Assembly: GCA_964586145.1 (NCBI GenBank)
Contig: CAZPHH010000003.1
Span: 2,068 to 66,067, forward strand
DNA from: an uncultured Phycisphaeraceae bacterium
GTDB taxonomy: Bacteria; Planctomycetota; Phycisphaerae; UBA1845
DNA length: 64,000 nt
Direction of reading: 5' to 3'
Shown here: in pieces, positions 1 through 9,788 of the stretch
How the letters are laid out: the number at the start of each line of letters is the position of its first letter
How positions within the stretch are numbered: the stretch's first letter is position 1
Position numbers and translations under genes: made by a program
Notes under the pieces: generated by a model
Seen by the model: the letters and a program-made list of their open reading frames with translations, nothing else
Told to the model about the DNA's origin: nothing
The model's database searches: none

Positions 1-283
1 CGGCCAGCGCAGCGGATACGGCCTTCTTGAGTTCCAGCCGCGGTGACGAGTGCTCGGCATCGAGCCGGGTCGTGCAGACCAGCAGGCCGGTCTTGCCCAC
101 CGTCCCGCGAAGCGCCGTCCGCGCGCCGCCGCGTTCCTTGGCGGGCCGGGCGGCGGCGACGATTTCCCGGGGCAGCAGCCGGGCGGGAAACGCCGCCTTT
201 TTCTCGTGGAGGTAGGGCAGCAGCAGGCAGTCGTGATCGCGCGGGGTGTACTTCGTTGCCAGTTCAAACGTTGGTGTGGCCAT
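1..283 (-). CDS. hypothetical protein, N-terminal part (gene runs off the left edge of the window)
   Basis: An ATG at 283-281 on the minus strand opens a frame (MATPTFELATKYTPRDHDCLLLPYLHEKKAAF...GKTGLLVCTTRLDAEHSSPRLELKK...). The frame stays open to base 1 and shows strong G/C third-position bias. It is absent from the ORF track, presumably because no stop lies within the window. There is no secure family motif. Confidence 0.4.
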   Translation of the reverse strand, partial: MATPTFELATKYTPRDHDCLLLPYLHEKKAAFPARLLPREIVAAARPAKERGGARTALRGTVGKTGLLVCTTRLDAEHSSPRLELKKAVSAALA

Positions 284-475
284 GCTCCTGTGCGTCCTTG
301 AAGGGATAAGGGCTCTGGATCGTATGCCTGTTCGGGGCCGGCACGCTCCGTGCGCGGACCGGCACGGGGTCCCGGCCCTGCACGGATTCGCCGACCCGTC
401 CGGCGCGGATCGGAAGTGCGTCCATGCCGGACCGGCCACCCGGGATCGGTCCGGATCCGCCGGTCCGGGCCGTGC

Positions 476-1084
476 CTATAACCGTTCGCGCACGGCGGAG
501 ACCACGCTCTTCCAGGTGTTGATCACTTCCTCAAACTCATAGTGCAGCGTGTCGGACAGAAGAACGAAGTCGTGACCCTCGATGGCGTCGCGCACCTGTA
601 ACAGCCGATCGCGGGTCGTCTCGAGCAGATCGGCGGCCGACTTCCCGTCGATCTGGATACTGTTTACGTCCAGCTTCAGGATGGAGATGGAGTTTGCAAT
701 GCCCTGGTGAACCTGGTGCCAGGCGTGCATACAGCGAGCCAGCAGGTTGATGGCCTCCGGCGTGCGTCCGGCCGCCAGGGCGTCCACGATTCTCATCCGG
801 TCCGCTTCGCTCTGACGCAGCAGTTCGTCGGCCTGATCCAGGGCGTCGTCGACCAGGTCCCGGGGGCTGCCCGTGAACAGGTCCACCCGCTGGAACGTCC
901 CGAAGGGCTGCGTCATCCGCTCTTCAAAGCCCGATCCGGTGATGTCCGCCCCATCACAGCGGATATGCACCACAATGCGGTCCTCCACGCAGACTCGATC
1001 GCGCACCTCGTTGACCAGGGCGGACAGCGGCTCCTTGTCATCCAACGCGGCCTGGTAGGGGCGATCGTCGACGAATACTTCCAC
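476..1084 (-). CDS. hypothetical protein
   Basis: ORF 476..1201 is trimmed to the in-frame GTG at 1084, which is preceded by GGGAGG 6 nt upstream. It has GC3-biased coding character. I recognise no family signature. Confidence 0.6.
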   Translation of the reverse strand: MEVFVDDRPYQAALDDKEPLSALVNEVRDRVCVEDRIVVHIRCDGADITGSGFEERMTQPFGTFQRVDLFTGSPRDLVDDALDQADELLRQSEADRMRIVDALAAGRTPEAINLLARCMHAWHQVHQGIANSISILKLDVNSIQIDGKSAADLLETTRDRLLQVRDAIEGHDFVLLSDTLHYEFEEVINTWKSVVSAVRERL

Positions 1085-1197
1085 CTTGCACCTCCCCGCG
1101 TGACGTGTGTTGCCCGGATGCGGTTGTCCGCCCGCGAGCCATCCGGCGACCGTCGCGTCCCAGTATCCGCGCCGCGGCCCCGCGCGTCCAGTCTTGC

Positions 1198-1980
1198 TCA
1201 CCGCACCGAGTCGGATGCCGAACTGACGTTGTCCGTGAAGGGAGGCGGGATCCGCCAGTCGCCGAGCATGGCCACCATGTCAGACACGCCGGGCGGGCGC
1301 GGCAGCGAGTACATCTCTCCGTACCGAAATCCGCACCGGGCCCCCTCCGCACCGCTGATCGCACGCACGTAGTGCAACAGCCCGTCCAGCCGGGCCCTGT
1401 CAAACTGCGACTGGTAGCACGAAATCGCCGCGATCTTCTGCTCCATCACGTCGCTGATGTCCATGACAAAGCAGCCCGGCCAATGCGTGACCTCGGCCGA
1501 ACCGGGCACCGGGCGGTACACCAGGTGATCCACGCGGTGCGGCTCCGTGCCCGCGAATCGCTCGTTCCACTTCGTGAGTTGCGAGTAGAAGCGCGCTCCC
1601 TCCGTGATGAGCTGGGCCTGGTAGTGGTCCGGCGAGCCGGCGGGCGTGCGCCCGGCCATGCCCACCAGAATCTTCGGCCGGTACTTGCGCAGGGCGGTGG
1701 CCAGGGCGTAGCGGGCGGCGGGTCCGTCCATCAGCTCCCGATTGGGCAGGCCCAGGATCTCCCAGGCGGTGGCACCCAGCGCCTCGGCGGCGGCGGCGGC
1801 CTCCTTCTCCCGGATTTCCGGGGCGCCGCGCGGCGTCGGCTCGCCGTTGGTCAGGTGGACCATGCCGACGCGATAGCCTAGCTTGACGAGCTTGGCGATG
1901 GCCCCGCCCATGCCGATTTCCAGGTCGTCCGGATGCGGCGCGGTGAATACGATGTCCAGCGTGTTGTCAGCCATGCCCAA
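1198..1980 (-). CDS. PIG-L/LmbE family deacetylase
   Basis: The N-terminus carries the PIG-L signature VFTAPHPDDLEIGMGGAIAK. The protein has LmbE-like length and layout (260 aa). Confidence 0.85.
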   Translation of the reverse strand: MGMADNTLDIVFTAPHPDDLEIGMGGAIAKLVKLGYRVGMVHLTNGEPTPRGAPEIREKEAAAAAEALGATAWEILGLPNRELMDGPAARYALATALRKYRPKILVGMAGRTPAGSPDHYQAQLITEGARFYSQLTKWNERFAGTEPHRVDHLVYRPVPGSAEVTHWPGCFVMDISDVMEQKIAAISCYQSQFDRARLDGLLHYVRAISGAEGARCGFRYGEMYSLPRPPGVSDMVAMLGDWRIPPPFTDNVSSASDSVR

Positions 1981-2079
1981 CCCCTGCGGAACGCCCCAGG
2001 CCGGCCCGCGACCGCCGGTGACTATAGAGGTGCCCCGCCCCTCTGGTCAAGTCGGTCGGCGTCCGCTACAAGGAAACCC

Positions 2080-2577
2080 ATGGAGCGACGGGTCGTTCAG
2101 GATGAAGATCGTCCGGCCATTGCCGAATTCATCGCGCGGCACTGGCACAGCCGCAAGGTGATGAGCGGGGGCAGGGCCTACTACCCGCACGAAGAACGGG
2201 GTTTCATCGAGTGGCGCGAGGGGCGGATCGCCGGCCTGCTCACCTTCACCGTGCAGGGCGATTCCATGGAGATGCTGACGCTCAACGCCATACCCTCCGG
2301 ACACGGCATCGGCACGGCCATGACGCTGATGGCGATCGACTTCGCACGCGAGAACAACCTCCGCCGCATCTGGCTGACCACGACCAACGACAACCTGCGG
2401 GCGATCGGCTTCTACCAGCGATTGGGTTTTCGCATGACCCAGATTCACATCGGCGCCGTGGACAAGGCCCGGTTGATCAAGCCCGAGATTCCCGAGGTCG
2501 GCGAAGGCGGCATCCCCATCCACGACGAGGTGGTCCTCGAACTCACGCTACGGCCGCCCACCCACGCGGCTTCGTAG
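2080..2577 (+). CDS. GNAT family N-acetyltransferase
   Basis: It has an acetyl-CoA binding core of GNAT type (GHGIGTAMTLMAIDFARENNLRRIWLTTTNDNLRAIGFYQRLGF). The ATG at 2080 is chosen because the longer ORF start at 1933 overlaps the divergent deacetylase gene. Confidence 0.8.
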   Translation: MERRVVQDEDRPAIAEFIARHWHSRKVMSGGRAYYPHEERGFIEWREGRIAGLLTFTVQGDSMEMLTLNAIPSGHGIGTAMTLMAIDFARENNLRRIWLTTTNDNLRAIGFYQRLGFRMTQIHIGAVDKARLIKPEIPEVGEGGIPIHDEVVLELTLRPPTHAAS

Positions 2578-2883
2578 GCGCCTGCGACCGAATCGGGAGC
2601 ATCCGGGCGCCCGCAACCCGGTGGACGATCGCGTGAGCATCGCTGCGGGCGCCGGGGACTCTGCCTCACCCGATCCCACGCAACGCCCCGCCACCGGCCC
2701 GGCCGGAACGCCGGTTCTGAGGAAGGCGCCGGCCCCATCGTCGCCGACCCCTGCGCCCCGGATCCCTGGATCCGTGTCACACGTGCGGGTCGTTTGACGG
2801 CGTGGAGCGATTGCCTTGAAATGGATCGGGGGATGAGCCGCGTCGGGTGGAGGCGTGAGGGTGGCCGACCGTGAGAGGCGACG

Positions 2884-4239
2884 ATGAAGACGATTATTGA
2901 GCCGTTTCGGATCAAAGTGGTGGAGCCGATTCGCATGACCACCCGCGAGGAGCGGGAGGCGGCGCTGCGGGCGGCGGGCTACAACGTGTTTCTGGTGCAT
3001 GCCGACGACGTGCTGATCGACCTGCTGACCGACAGCGGCACAGGGGCGATGAGCAGCGAGCAGTGGGCGGGCATCATGCGGGGCGACGAGTCGTACGCCG
3101 GCGCCCGCAGCTTCTACCGGTTCCAGGACCGGCTGCGCGAAATCACGGGGTTCCAGCACATTCTGCCGACGCACCAGGGCCGGGCGAGCGAGCGGATTCT
3201 GTTCGAGCTGGTCGGCGGGCCCGGCAAGGTCGTCCCGAACAACAACCACTTTGACACGACGCGGGCGAACGTGGAGCACTCCGGGGCGGAGGCCGTCGAT
3301 CTGGTCATCGACGAGGGGCGGAACCCGCGCAGTCGGCATCCGTTCAAGGGCAACCTGGACCCGCAGAAGCTGGAGCGGCTGATCCGGGAGGTCGGGGCGG
3401 ACCGCGTTCCGCTGGTCATGGTGACCGTGACAAACAACAGCGGCGGCGGGCAGCCGGTGAGCCTGGAAAACCTACGGGAGATCCGGCGCATCTGCCACAC
3501 GTACAACAAGCCGATGTTCCTGGACGCCTGCCGGTTCGCGGAGAATGCGTTTTTTGTCAGGAAGCGCGAGCCGGGCCAGGCCGATCGCAGCGTGGCGGCC
3601 ATCGTCCGCGACATGTTTGACCTGGCCGACGGTGCCACCATCAGCGCCAAGAAGGACGGGCTGGTGAACATCGGCGGCGTGCTGCTGCTGCGGGACGAAG
3701 AGCTGACTCGGCGTGCCCGCAACCTGCTGATTCTGACGGAGGGGTTCCCAACGTACGGCGGATTGGCCGGCCGCGACCTGGAGGCGATGGCCCAGGGTTT
3801 TGAGGAAGTGCTGCACGAGGACTACCTGACGTATCGCATCCGGAGCGTGGAGTACCTGGGCGAAAAACTGCTGGCCGCGGGGATTCAGATTGTCGAGCCG
3901 CCGGGCGGGCACGCGGTGTATCTGGATGCCGCGTCGTTCTGTCCGCACATTTCGCCACTGGAGTTTCCCGGGCAGGCGCTGGTGTGCGCCCTGTATCGCC
4001 ATGCCGGGATTCGGGCGGTGGAGATCGGCAGCGTGATGTTCGGGCGCGGGGACAAGCCGGCCGCGATGGAGCTTGTGCGTCTGGCCATTCCGCGGCGCGT
4101 GTACACGCAGTCACACATTGACTACGTGCTGGAAGCGATCATCGAGGTACACAGGATGCGCGACCAGATACGAGGGCTGCGGATCGTTGACGAGCCGCCC
4201 GCGCTGCGGCACTTCACGGCGCGTTTCGAGGAACTCTGA
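2884..4239 (+). CDS. tryptophanase / tyrosine phenol-lyase family PLP-dependent beta-eliminating lyase
   Basis: The protein resembles TnaA/TPL along its full length: EPFRIKVVEP, IDLLTDSGTGAMS, PTHQGR, SGGGQPVS, the PLP-lysine region SAKKDGLVNIGG, EGFPTYGGLAGRD and RLAIPRRVYTQSHID. GAGG sits 5 nt upstream of the ATG. Substrate (Trp versus Tyr) cannot be decided from the motifs, since FDTT is TnaA-like while other segments are TPL-like. Confidence 0.88.
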   Translation: MKTIIEPFRIKVVEPIRMTTREEREAALRAAGYNVFLVHADDVLIDLLTDSGTGAMSSEQWAGIMRGDESYAGARSFYRFQDRLREITGFQHILPTHQGRASERILFELVGGPGKVVPNNNHFDTTRANVEHSGAEAVDLVIDEGRNPRSRHPFKGNLDPQKLERLIREVGADRVPLVMVTVTNNSGGGQPVSLENLREIRRICHTYNKPMFLDACRFAENAFFVRKREPGQADRSVAAIVRDMFDLADGATISAKKDGLVNIGGVLLLRDEELTRRARNLLILTEGFPTYGGLAGRDLEAMAQGFEEVLHEDYLTYRIRSVEYLGEKLLAAGIQIVEPPGGHAVYLDAASFCPHISPLEFPGQALVCALYRHAGIRAVEIGSVMFGRGDKPAAMELVRLAIPRRVYTQSHIDYVLEAIIEVHRMRDQIRGLRIVDEPPALRHFTARFEEL

Positions 4240-4257
4240 CCGGGCAGGAACCGCCCT

Positions 4258-5556
4258 ATGCCCACGAACGCCGCCACGTCAGTCGGGGCAACCGACCCTG
4301 CGAAAGCTTCGCGGGGCAAAGGCTTTCGGCTGGTCTGTGGGACCCGGGCCGATCTGGCCGGCGTGGCGTGGGCGGAGCTGGCCGCCGACCCGAAGGCCGT
4401 CCACGTCAAATCGAACGAGTTGCGGCAGGTCTGGCGCATCGAGCGAGGCGGGGAGGCCTTTTACGCCAAGGTTTTCAGGACGCTCCGCGGCTGGGAGGCG
4501 TGGCGGCTGCGGCTGCGCGGGCGGCCGGAGGTGCGGGAGTGGCGGGCGGGCGACGGCGCGGACCGGCTGGGAGTGCCGGCGGTCCGGTTTGCGGCGCTGC
4601 TGGAGCCGGCCGGACCCGGCGGCGAGATCCGCGCGGTGCTCGTGTCGCACGCGGTCCCGAATGCCATCACGCTGGCGGATTTCTGGGAGCGGATACAGAC
4701 CCTGCCCCAGCCGGCCGATCGCGCCCGCCAGGCCCGGGCGGTCATCGACGCGGTGGCACGATTGGTCGCAAACGCGCACGCCAGTGGCTTTCTGCATCGC
4801 GACACCTACTCGGACAACGTGCTCATCGTGCAGGACGATCGCGGCGATGGGGTCGAGGCTTTCTACGCCGACCTCGGCCAGGCCCGGGTGGGCCGTTCGG
4901 TGGGAGACCGACGCGCGGCGGCCAACCTGGCGGAGTTGGTGCAGTGGTTCCGAACCCGTTCGACGGTCGGCCAGCGTATGAGGTTTCTGACCCGGTACGT
5001 TGTGGAACGCTACGGACCGGCGGCCAAGCGTTCCGCCGGGGCCCGGAGGTTACGGAGGCGGTTTTTCCGCCGGGTGGCCGGTTTGGCACTGCGTCGTCAG
5101 CGGCGGCTGGTTGCGAAGCGAGACAGTCGTATCTTCCGCAACAACACACACTTCCATACATCGAACCTCGGCGGCGGATGGCGGGGGACCTTCACGCTTC
5201 GTTTTCGTCGGCGCGAAATGGACCCCCGACCAACCCAGCCGGACCGCACACCTGCTGAATGGGCCGAATGGGGGCGGAAGGTGCTGTCGCAGGCAGCGGA
5301 CGCCGGGCGGATTGCGGGATCGCTGGATCGACTGGGACTGGTCGGTCGGATTGACCGTCCGCGCGGCCTCTGGGACCGAATCGTGTGGGCTTTCGTGGGG
5401 TCGTCCGCGCGGCGGGCGTTTCGGGACGGTCACCGGCAGCGGAATCGGGATCTGCCTGTTGCGGCCCCGATTGCGGTGCTGGAGCGGCGGGTGGGCCGGC
5501 TGGTTGCCGAGGCGGTGTTGGTTACGGAGCGAGCGGAAGGGAGGTGTGATGCGTGA
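4258..5556 (+). CDS. protein kinase-like fold protein (lipopolysaccharide kinase/InaA-like)
   Basis: It has a catalytic-loop-like segment [15 protein letters not shown] and an upstream FYAKVF lysine region, typical of Kdo/WaaP-type kinase-like proteins. The C-terminus is Arg-rich. The family call is tentative. Confidence 0.55.
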   Translation: MPTNAATSVGATDPAKASRGKGFRLVCGTRADLAGVAWAELAADPKAVHVKSNELRQVWRIERGGEAFYAKVFRTLRGWEAWRLRLRGRPEVREWRAGDGADRLGVPAVRFAALLEPAGPGGEIRAVLVSHAVPNAITLADFWERIQTLPQPADRARQARAVIDAVARLVANAHASGFLHRDTYSDNVLIVQDDRGDGVEAFYADLGQARVGRSVGDRRAAANLAELVQWFRTRSTVGQRMRFLTRYVVERYGPAAKRSAGARRLRRRFFRRVAGLALRRQRRLVAKRDSRIFRNNTHFHTSNLGGGWRGTFTLRFRRREMDPRPTQPDRTPAEWAEWGRKVLSQAADAGRIAGSLDRLGLVGRIDRPRGLWDRIVWAFVGSSARRAFRDGHRQRNRDLPVAAPIAVLERRVGRLVAEAVLVTERAEGRCDA

Positions 5557-6092
5557 GCGAGGACGTTTTTTCTGGAATCGAGATCGTGCGGGGCGACATC
5601 ACGACCCAACAGGTTGACGCCATCGTGAACGCCGCGAACACGTCTCTGCTGGGTGGCGGCGGTGTGGACGGGGCCATCCACCGGGCGGCGGGGCCGGAGC
5701 TTTTGGCTGAGTGCCGGACGTTGAACGGCTGTCCCACCGGATCGGCGAGGATCACGAAGGGATATCGCCTGCCGGCCAAGTATGTCATCCATACCGTCGG
5801 GCCGGTCTACGGCGGCGGGGGCCGGGCCGTGGCCGAGAAGCTGGCCTCGTGTTATCGCACGTCGCTGCAACTCGCGGCCGAGCACGGCTGCCGAACGGTG
5901 GCGTTCCCGGCGGTGAGTTGTGGTGTCTATGGCTATCCGTTGGACGAGGCGGCGGACGTGTCGATCGGGGCGGTTCTGGCGTTTCTGGAGGGTTCGGCGT
6001 TTCCGGAGCGGGTGCGGTGGGTGCTGTTTGACTCGGTGGCGTTTTCGGCGTACGAGGCGGGGCTGCGTCGGGCCGGGGGGCCTGGGGCGTAA
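5553..6092 (+). CDS. macro domain protein (O-acetyl-ADP-ribose deacetylase / ADP-ribose-binding, YmdB-like)
   Basis: Motifs: [34 protein letters not shown] and VIHTVGPVY. The GTG start at 5553 overlaps the upstream stop (GTGA). GGAAGGGAGG lies just upstream. Confidence 0.85.
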   Translation: MSEDVFSGIEIVRGDITTQQVDAIVNAANTSLLGGGGVDGAIHRAAGPELLAECRTLNGCPTGSARITKGYRLPAKYVIHTVGPVYGGGGRAVAEKLASCYRTSLQLAAEHGCRTVAFPAVSCGVYGYPLDEAADVSIGAVLAFLEGSAFPERVRWVLFDSVAFSAYEAGLRRAGGPGA

Positions 6093-6370
6093 GGGTGGTG
6101 TTGGGGTCGTCGTGACGGCCGCGATCGCCTTGACAGGGCTTCTGGTGCCCCGAACAATAGTTTCCGTGGCGGTAGGGATGGGAGTTGTACGCACCCCGGA
6201 GTGCGGGGATGTGGCTGCGCTCGGTCGCCGATGCACCGTGTGGGGTCTGGCGCCCGGGGCAGGTGTTGCAGTCATTGGGTGGCATGGCGGATTCGCGTTC
6301 CGCCAGTCCGAGCCCCCGCGCCTCCAGGGAGCCCGTTTGGAAATCGCGTGAGAAAGGCCTGGGAATCAAG

Positions 6371-9214
6371 ATGAGAAGTCCAAGTTCTGCGCCGCGTCGG
6401 TGCCTCCTGATCGTGCTTTTCGCCGTGCTGGTCGGCAGCTCAGCGCTGGCGACTGAGGATCCCGGGCTGGTCTACTACTCCAGGGGGCGTGCCTATGGCG
6501 TGCTGGAGTCGCAGACGGAACTGGCCGTCGAGTTTGCGGCGACCATGACCGCGGCGCAGGGCGATGCCGTGGGCCTGGTGGAGGAGAGTGTGGGCGGCGC
6601 CATCCTGCCGGTTCCGTGGGGGCGTGCGGACAGTCCGTTCCGGATCCTGGAGGTCCCGGCGGTGACGCCGAGCGTGGTGGACGCGGTACGGTCCACGGCG
6701 GGCGTGGTCTCCGTGAACCGGGTGTATCGTTTCGCGGCGGACGGTCTGCCATCGCTGGGCACGGGCCGCATTATTGTGAAGCTGGGTGCGGGGATGACGG
6801 CGAGCGAGCGGCAGAGCCTGTTTGCCGAATACGGGGTGCAGCCGGTCAACCCCATCGCGGGACTTCCCGACGTCTACGTGGTTCAACCACTGGACGGCAC
6901 GCCGGGGGCGGACGTGGCGATCGCCGCGGAGCTGTATGGGGACGGGCGGACGGTGTACGCCCATCCGGACTTCCGGAATCCGAAGCGTCCGCACCAGAGC
7001 GGAGAGCTGCCTGAGGACGTGTACTTCCCGCAGCAGTGGCACCTGAACAACACCGGGCAGCAGGGCGGCACGCCGGGGGTGGACATCAAGGCGCTGGACG
7101 CGTGGAAGACCACCCGGGGCGCCACGATCCTGATCGGCATGTTTGACGATGCCTGCGATCTGGGGCACGAGGACCTGGAGGAGAACTACATCGGTCAGAG
7201 CCACGACGCCGCGACCAATGTGATCGGTGACGCCGTGGCGTTGCCGTCGGGTCTGGATGAATCGCACGGCACGGCCGTGATGGGGCTTGCGGTGGCGGCG
7301 GCGAACGAACTGGGCGTGCGGGGGGTGGCGCCGGCGGCGCGCTTCACGGCGTCGCGCGGTACGGGTGAGCTGACCAATGGAGAGAACGAGGCTCGCGTTT
7401 TCCTGTACGCCCGGCAGGCGGGGGTGGACGTGCATATCAACAGTTGGGGGTACATTCTGATTCCAACGCCGGACGTGGCCGCGGATGCCATTGGAGTGGC
7501 ATTCCAGGGCGGCCGGAACGGGCTGGGCATGGTGGTGCTGTTCGCGTCGGGCAACGAGAACCAGGAGAACACCGAGAGGGACATCTCCTCGCTGCCGACG
7601 GTGATCAGCGTGGGGGCGTCGAATGCAAGCGATGTCCGGTCCGTCTACAGCAACTATGGCGTCAGTCTGGACGTCATGGCGCCCAGCAACGACGCCCTGC
7701 AGCCCGGCGTGGTCACGACGGACATCACGGACGACGCCGGCTACCTGGATCCCGGGTACAATGACGGCTCCGATCCGGACAACCTGGACGATCCGAACTA
7801 TACGAATGATTTCGGCGGGACGTCGGCGGCGTGCCCCGTGGCGGCCGGCGTGGCGGCCCTGGTTCTCTCCGCGAACCCGAAGCTGACCGCAACGCAGGTC
7901 CGAACGGTGCTCGAACACACGGCGGATCGGATTTCGCCGGCCAAGGCGGAGTACAACGCGATTACGCGAAAGAGCCTGAAGTACGGTTTTGGTCGGGTGA
8001 ACGCGGCGGCCGCGGTGGCCGCGGCCGCAAGCTCGAAGGACCACCGGCACCAGACCTGGCCCGAACCCGTGCGCAACGTGAGCGTCAGCGGCACCACCCT
8101 GATCTGGCAGAAGAACGACGATATGCGTACGGAGAGCGGGTCGAGCGAACGGCGCGGTGACGAGACCGTAGGGACGCTGATCGCGCAAGCCAACAGCGTT
8201 TTTGCGTGGGTGCCGGAAGACGGGGAGACGTACTCGGTCGGGCAGGAGGTGGCCGAGGGCGTGAGTGTGGTTGTGAATTCCGACGTCACGTCGTACACCT
8301 TCTCCGGAGAGCGGAAGCTGTATTTCGCGATTTTCGCCCGGAACTCCCGTCATCACTACTCCTGGGGCGTTGCCGTGGACTCGGACGGAAACGTGGTGAA
8401 CCCCGGTTCGGACATCGGTGGTGACGGCGGCGACGGAGACGGCGGGCCGCTCATTCCGGTCCCACTGCCCACAGCGCCCGAAGTGAGCATCTCGGCGACC
8501 CCGTTGTCGGGCACGTCGCCGTTGCTGGTGGAATTCCGAGGCAACGCCCGGACGAACTCCAACGTGGTATCGCGGCTGTGGGACTTCGGCGACGGCACGA
8601 CGGATCCGCGCGGCACGGCCACACACACGTACCGGGTTGCGGAAGGCGCGTCTCAGAGCTTCCTGGCTACGTTTACCGTCACGGATTCGGAGGGCGAAGT
8701 CGGTTCGAAGTCTGTCCTGATCCAGGTCGATTCCCCCGGGAGCACCGATGGGAATGACAACACCGGCACGGAGGATGCGTCCGTTTCGATTCGCATGACG
8801 GATGGCCAGGGGGCCGTTCTCAACAGCACAACGGCGTACCCCGTGCCGTTGCGGGTGAACTTTGACGCCCAGGTGAGCGGCTTCCCGCCGGGCTCGATTG
8901 TGACCTGGTACTTCGGCGACGGTACGGCGCCGGTACAGGCAACGTCGGCCATACACGACTACACCGTGGTCGGGAGCTTCCCGGTGACGGTGGTGGTGTC
9001 GTCCGTTCTGAGCTCCGGCAGCATGCTGGAGAGGCAGGCGACGACCGTCATCCAGACCGCGCCAAGCACCAACGGCAACGACAACGACAACGGCGGCCTG
9101 CCCCCCCCCGTGTCCGGCTCGGGCTCCCGGCCTTCGGGAGCGTGCGGCGTGGGGATTCTGCTGCCCTTTGCGGGGATTGTCCTGATGTCGCTTTGGCGGC
9201 GCCGGTTCCGTTGA
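6371..9214 (+). CDS. secreted subtilisin-like (S8) serine protease with two PKD-like domains and a C-terminal hydrophobic anchor
   Basis: A signal peptide follows the ATG at 6371 (MRSPSSAPRRCLLIVLFAVLVGSSALA). Catalytic triad contexts are present: FDDACDLGHEDL, HGTAVMG and GGTSAACPVAAGVAAL. There are two PKD-type WDFGDGT/WYFGDGT modules. The C-terminus is GVGILLPFAGIVLMSLWRRRFR. Confidence 0.9.
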   Translation: MRSPSSAPRRCLLIVLFAVLVGSSALATEDPGLVYYSRGRAYGVLESQTELAVEFAATMTAAQGDAVGLVEESVGGAILPVPWGRADSPFRILEVPAVTPSVVDAVRSTAGVVSVNRVYRFAADGLPSLGTGRIIVKLGAGMTASERQSLFAEYGVQPVNPIAGLPDVYVVQPLDGTPGADVAIAAELYGDGRTVYAHPDFRNPKRPHQSGELPEDVYFPQQWHLNNTGQQGGTPGVDIKALDAWKTTRGATILIGMFDDACDLGHEDLEENYIGQSHDAATNVIGDAVALPSGLDESHGTAVMGLAVAAANELGVRGVAPAARFTASRGTGELTNGENEARVFLYARQAGVDVHINSWGYILIPTPDVAADAIGVAFQGGRNGLGMVVLFASGNENQENTERDISSLPTVISVGASNASDVRSVYSNYGVSLDVMAPSNDALQPGVVTTDITDDAGYLDPGYNDGSDPDNLDDPNYTNDFGGTSAACPVAAGVAALVLSANPKLTATQVRTVLEHTADRISPAKAEYNAITRKSLKYGFGRVNAAAAVAAAASSKDHRHQTWPEPVRNVSVSGTTLIWQKNDDMRTESGSSERRGDETVGTLIAQANSVFAWVPEDGETYSVGQEVAEGVSVVVNSDVTSYTFSGERKLYFAIFARNSRHHYSWGVAVDSDGNVVNPGSDIGGDGGDGDGGPLIPVPLPTAPEVSISATPLSGTSPLLVEFRGNARTNSNVVSRLWDFGDGTTDPRGTATHTYRVAEGASQSFLATFTVTDSEGEVGSKSVLIQVDSPGSTDGNDNTGTEDASVSIRMTDGQGAVLNSTTAYPVPLRVNFDAQVSGFPPGSIVTWYFGDGTAPVQATSAIHDYTVVGSFPVTVVVSSVLSSGSMLERQATTVIQTAPSTNGNDNDNGGLPPPVSGSGSRPSGACGVGILLPFAGIVLMSLWRRRFR

Positions 9215-9434
9215 TCGCGGGCAGGCGCCGGCTCGGAATGTGGATCGGCCCGTGACCGACACGCGCGACCCCGAAGCGGGGAGGCGGACGGTCGCGGGCC
9301 GAGCGTTTGCGCGAGGCCGCTTCGGCGGCGGGGGCGGGGAAATCGCCTTGTTCGCCGGCGTGAGGCGGTCCTCTGCGGCTTCCGGGGCCGCGCGGTCGTC
9401 GGTACAATGGGAAGGTCCGCGGCCGGGGCCAGGG

Positions 9435-9788
9435 ATGCACGGGATGACCGGGTCAGGTATCTTCAACGTCTACCGCATGACGCTGGCGATCGTCTTCGGA
9501 AGTTACGCGGTCGTTCGCACGGCGCACTTTCTGTGGCACTGGCAGTCCGACACCCGGCGAGCGGGGCGGCATGAGGCCCTGTTGCGCCGGTTCCTGCTGA
9601 CGTCTCTGCTGCGCACGCGATTGCGGCGATTCTGGTTTGACTGGGTGCAGATTTCCGTGCTGTTGGCCGTCTTTGTGTATCTGGTGAGTCTCCAGTCGCC
9701 GGCCCGGGACTGGGGCCTGCCGGCCGGGCCGGCGGGGAGGGTCGGCTCCCTGGACGGGGGCCTTGCGGATGGGCAGGCGATTCGGTGA
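9435..9788 (+). CDS. hypothetical membrane protein
   Basis: From the internal ATG at 9435 the product has two hydrophobic segments (LAIVFGSYAVV, VQISVLLAVFVYLV). The upstream part of the ORF looks non-coding. The stop overlaps the next gene's start (GTGA). Confidence 0.45.
   Translation: MHGMTGSGIFNVYRMTLAIVFGSYAVVRTAHFLWHWQSDTRRAGRHEALLRRFLLTSLLRTRLRRFWFDWVQISVLLAVFVYLVSLQSPARDWGLPAGPAGRVGSLDGGLADGQAIR

Noticed and set aside
6440-9466. A 1008-aa ORF on the minus strand opposite the S8 protease gene.
   Set aside because: The translation is Arg/Pro/Gly/His-rich with no motifs. It is an antisense shadow ORF of the kind expected in GC-rich DNA, where stop codons are rare. The plus-strand frame carries the full S8 catalytic triad and the PKD motifs.
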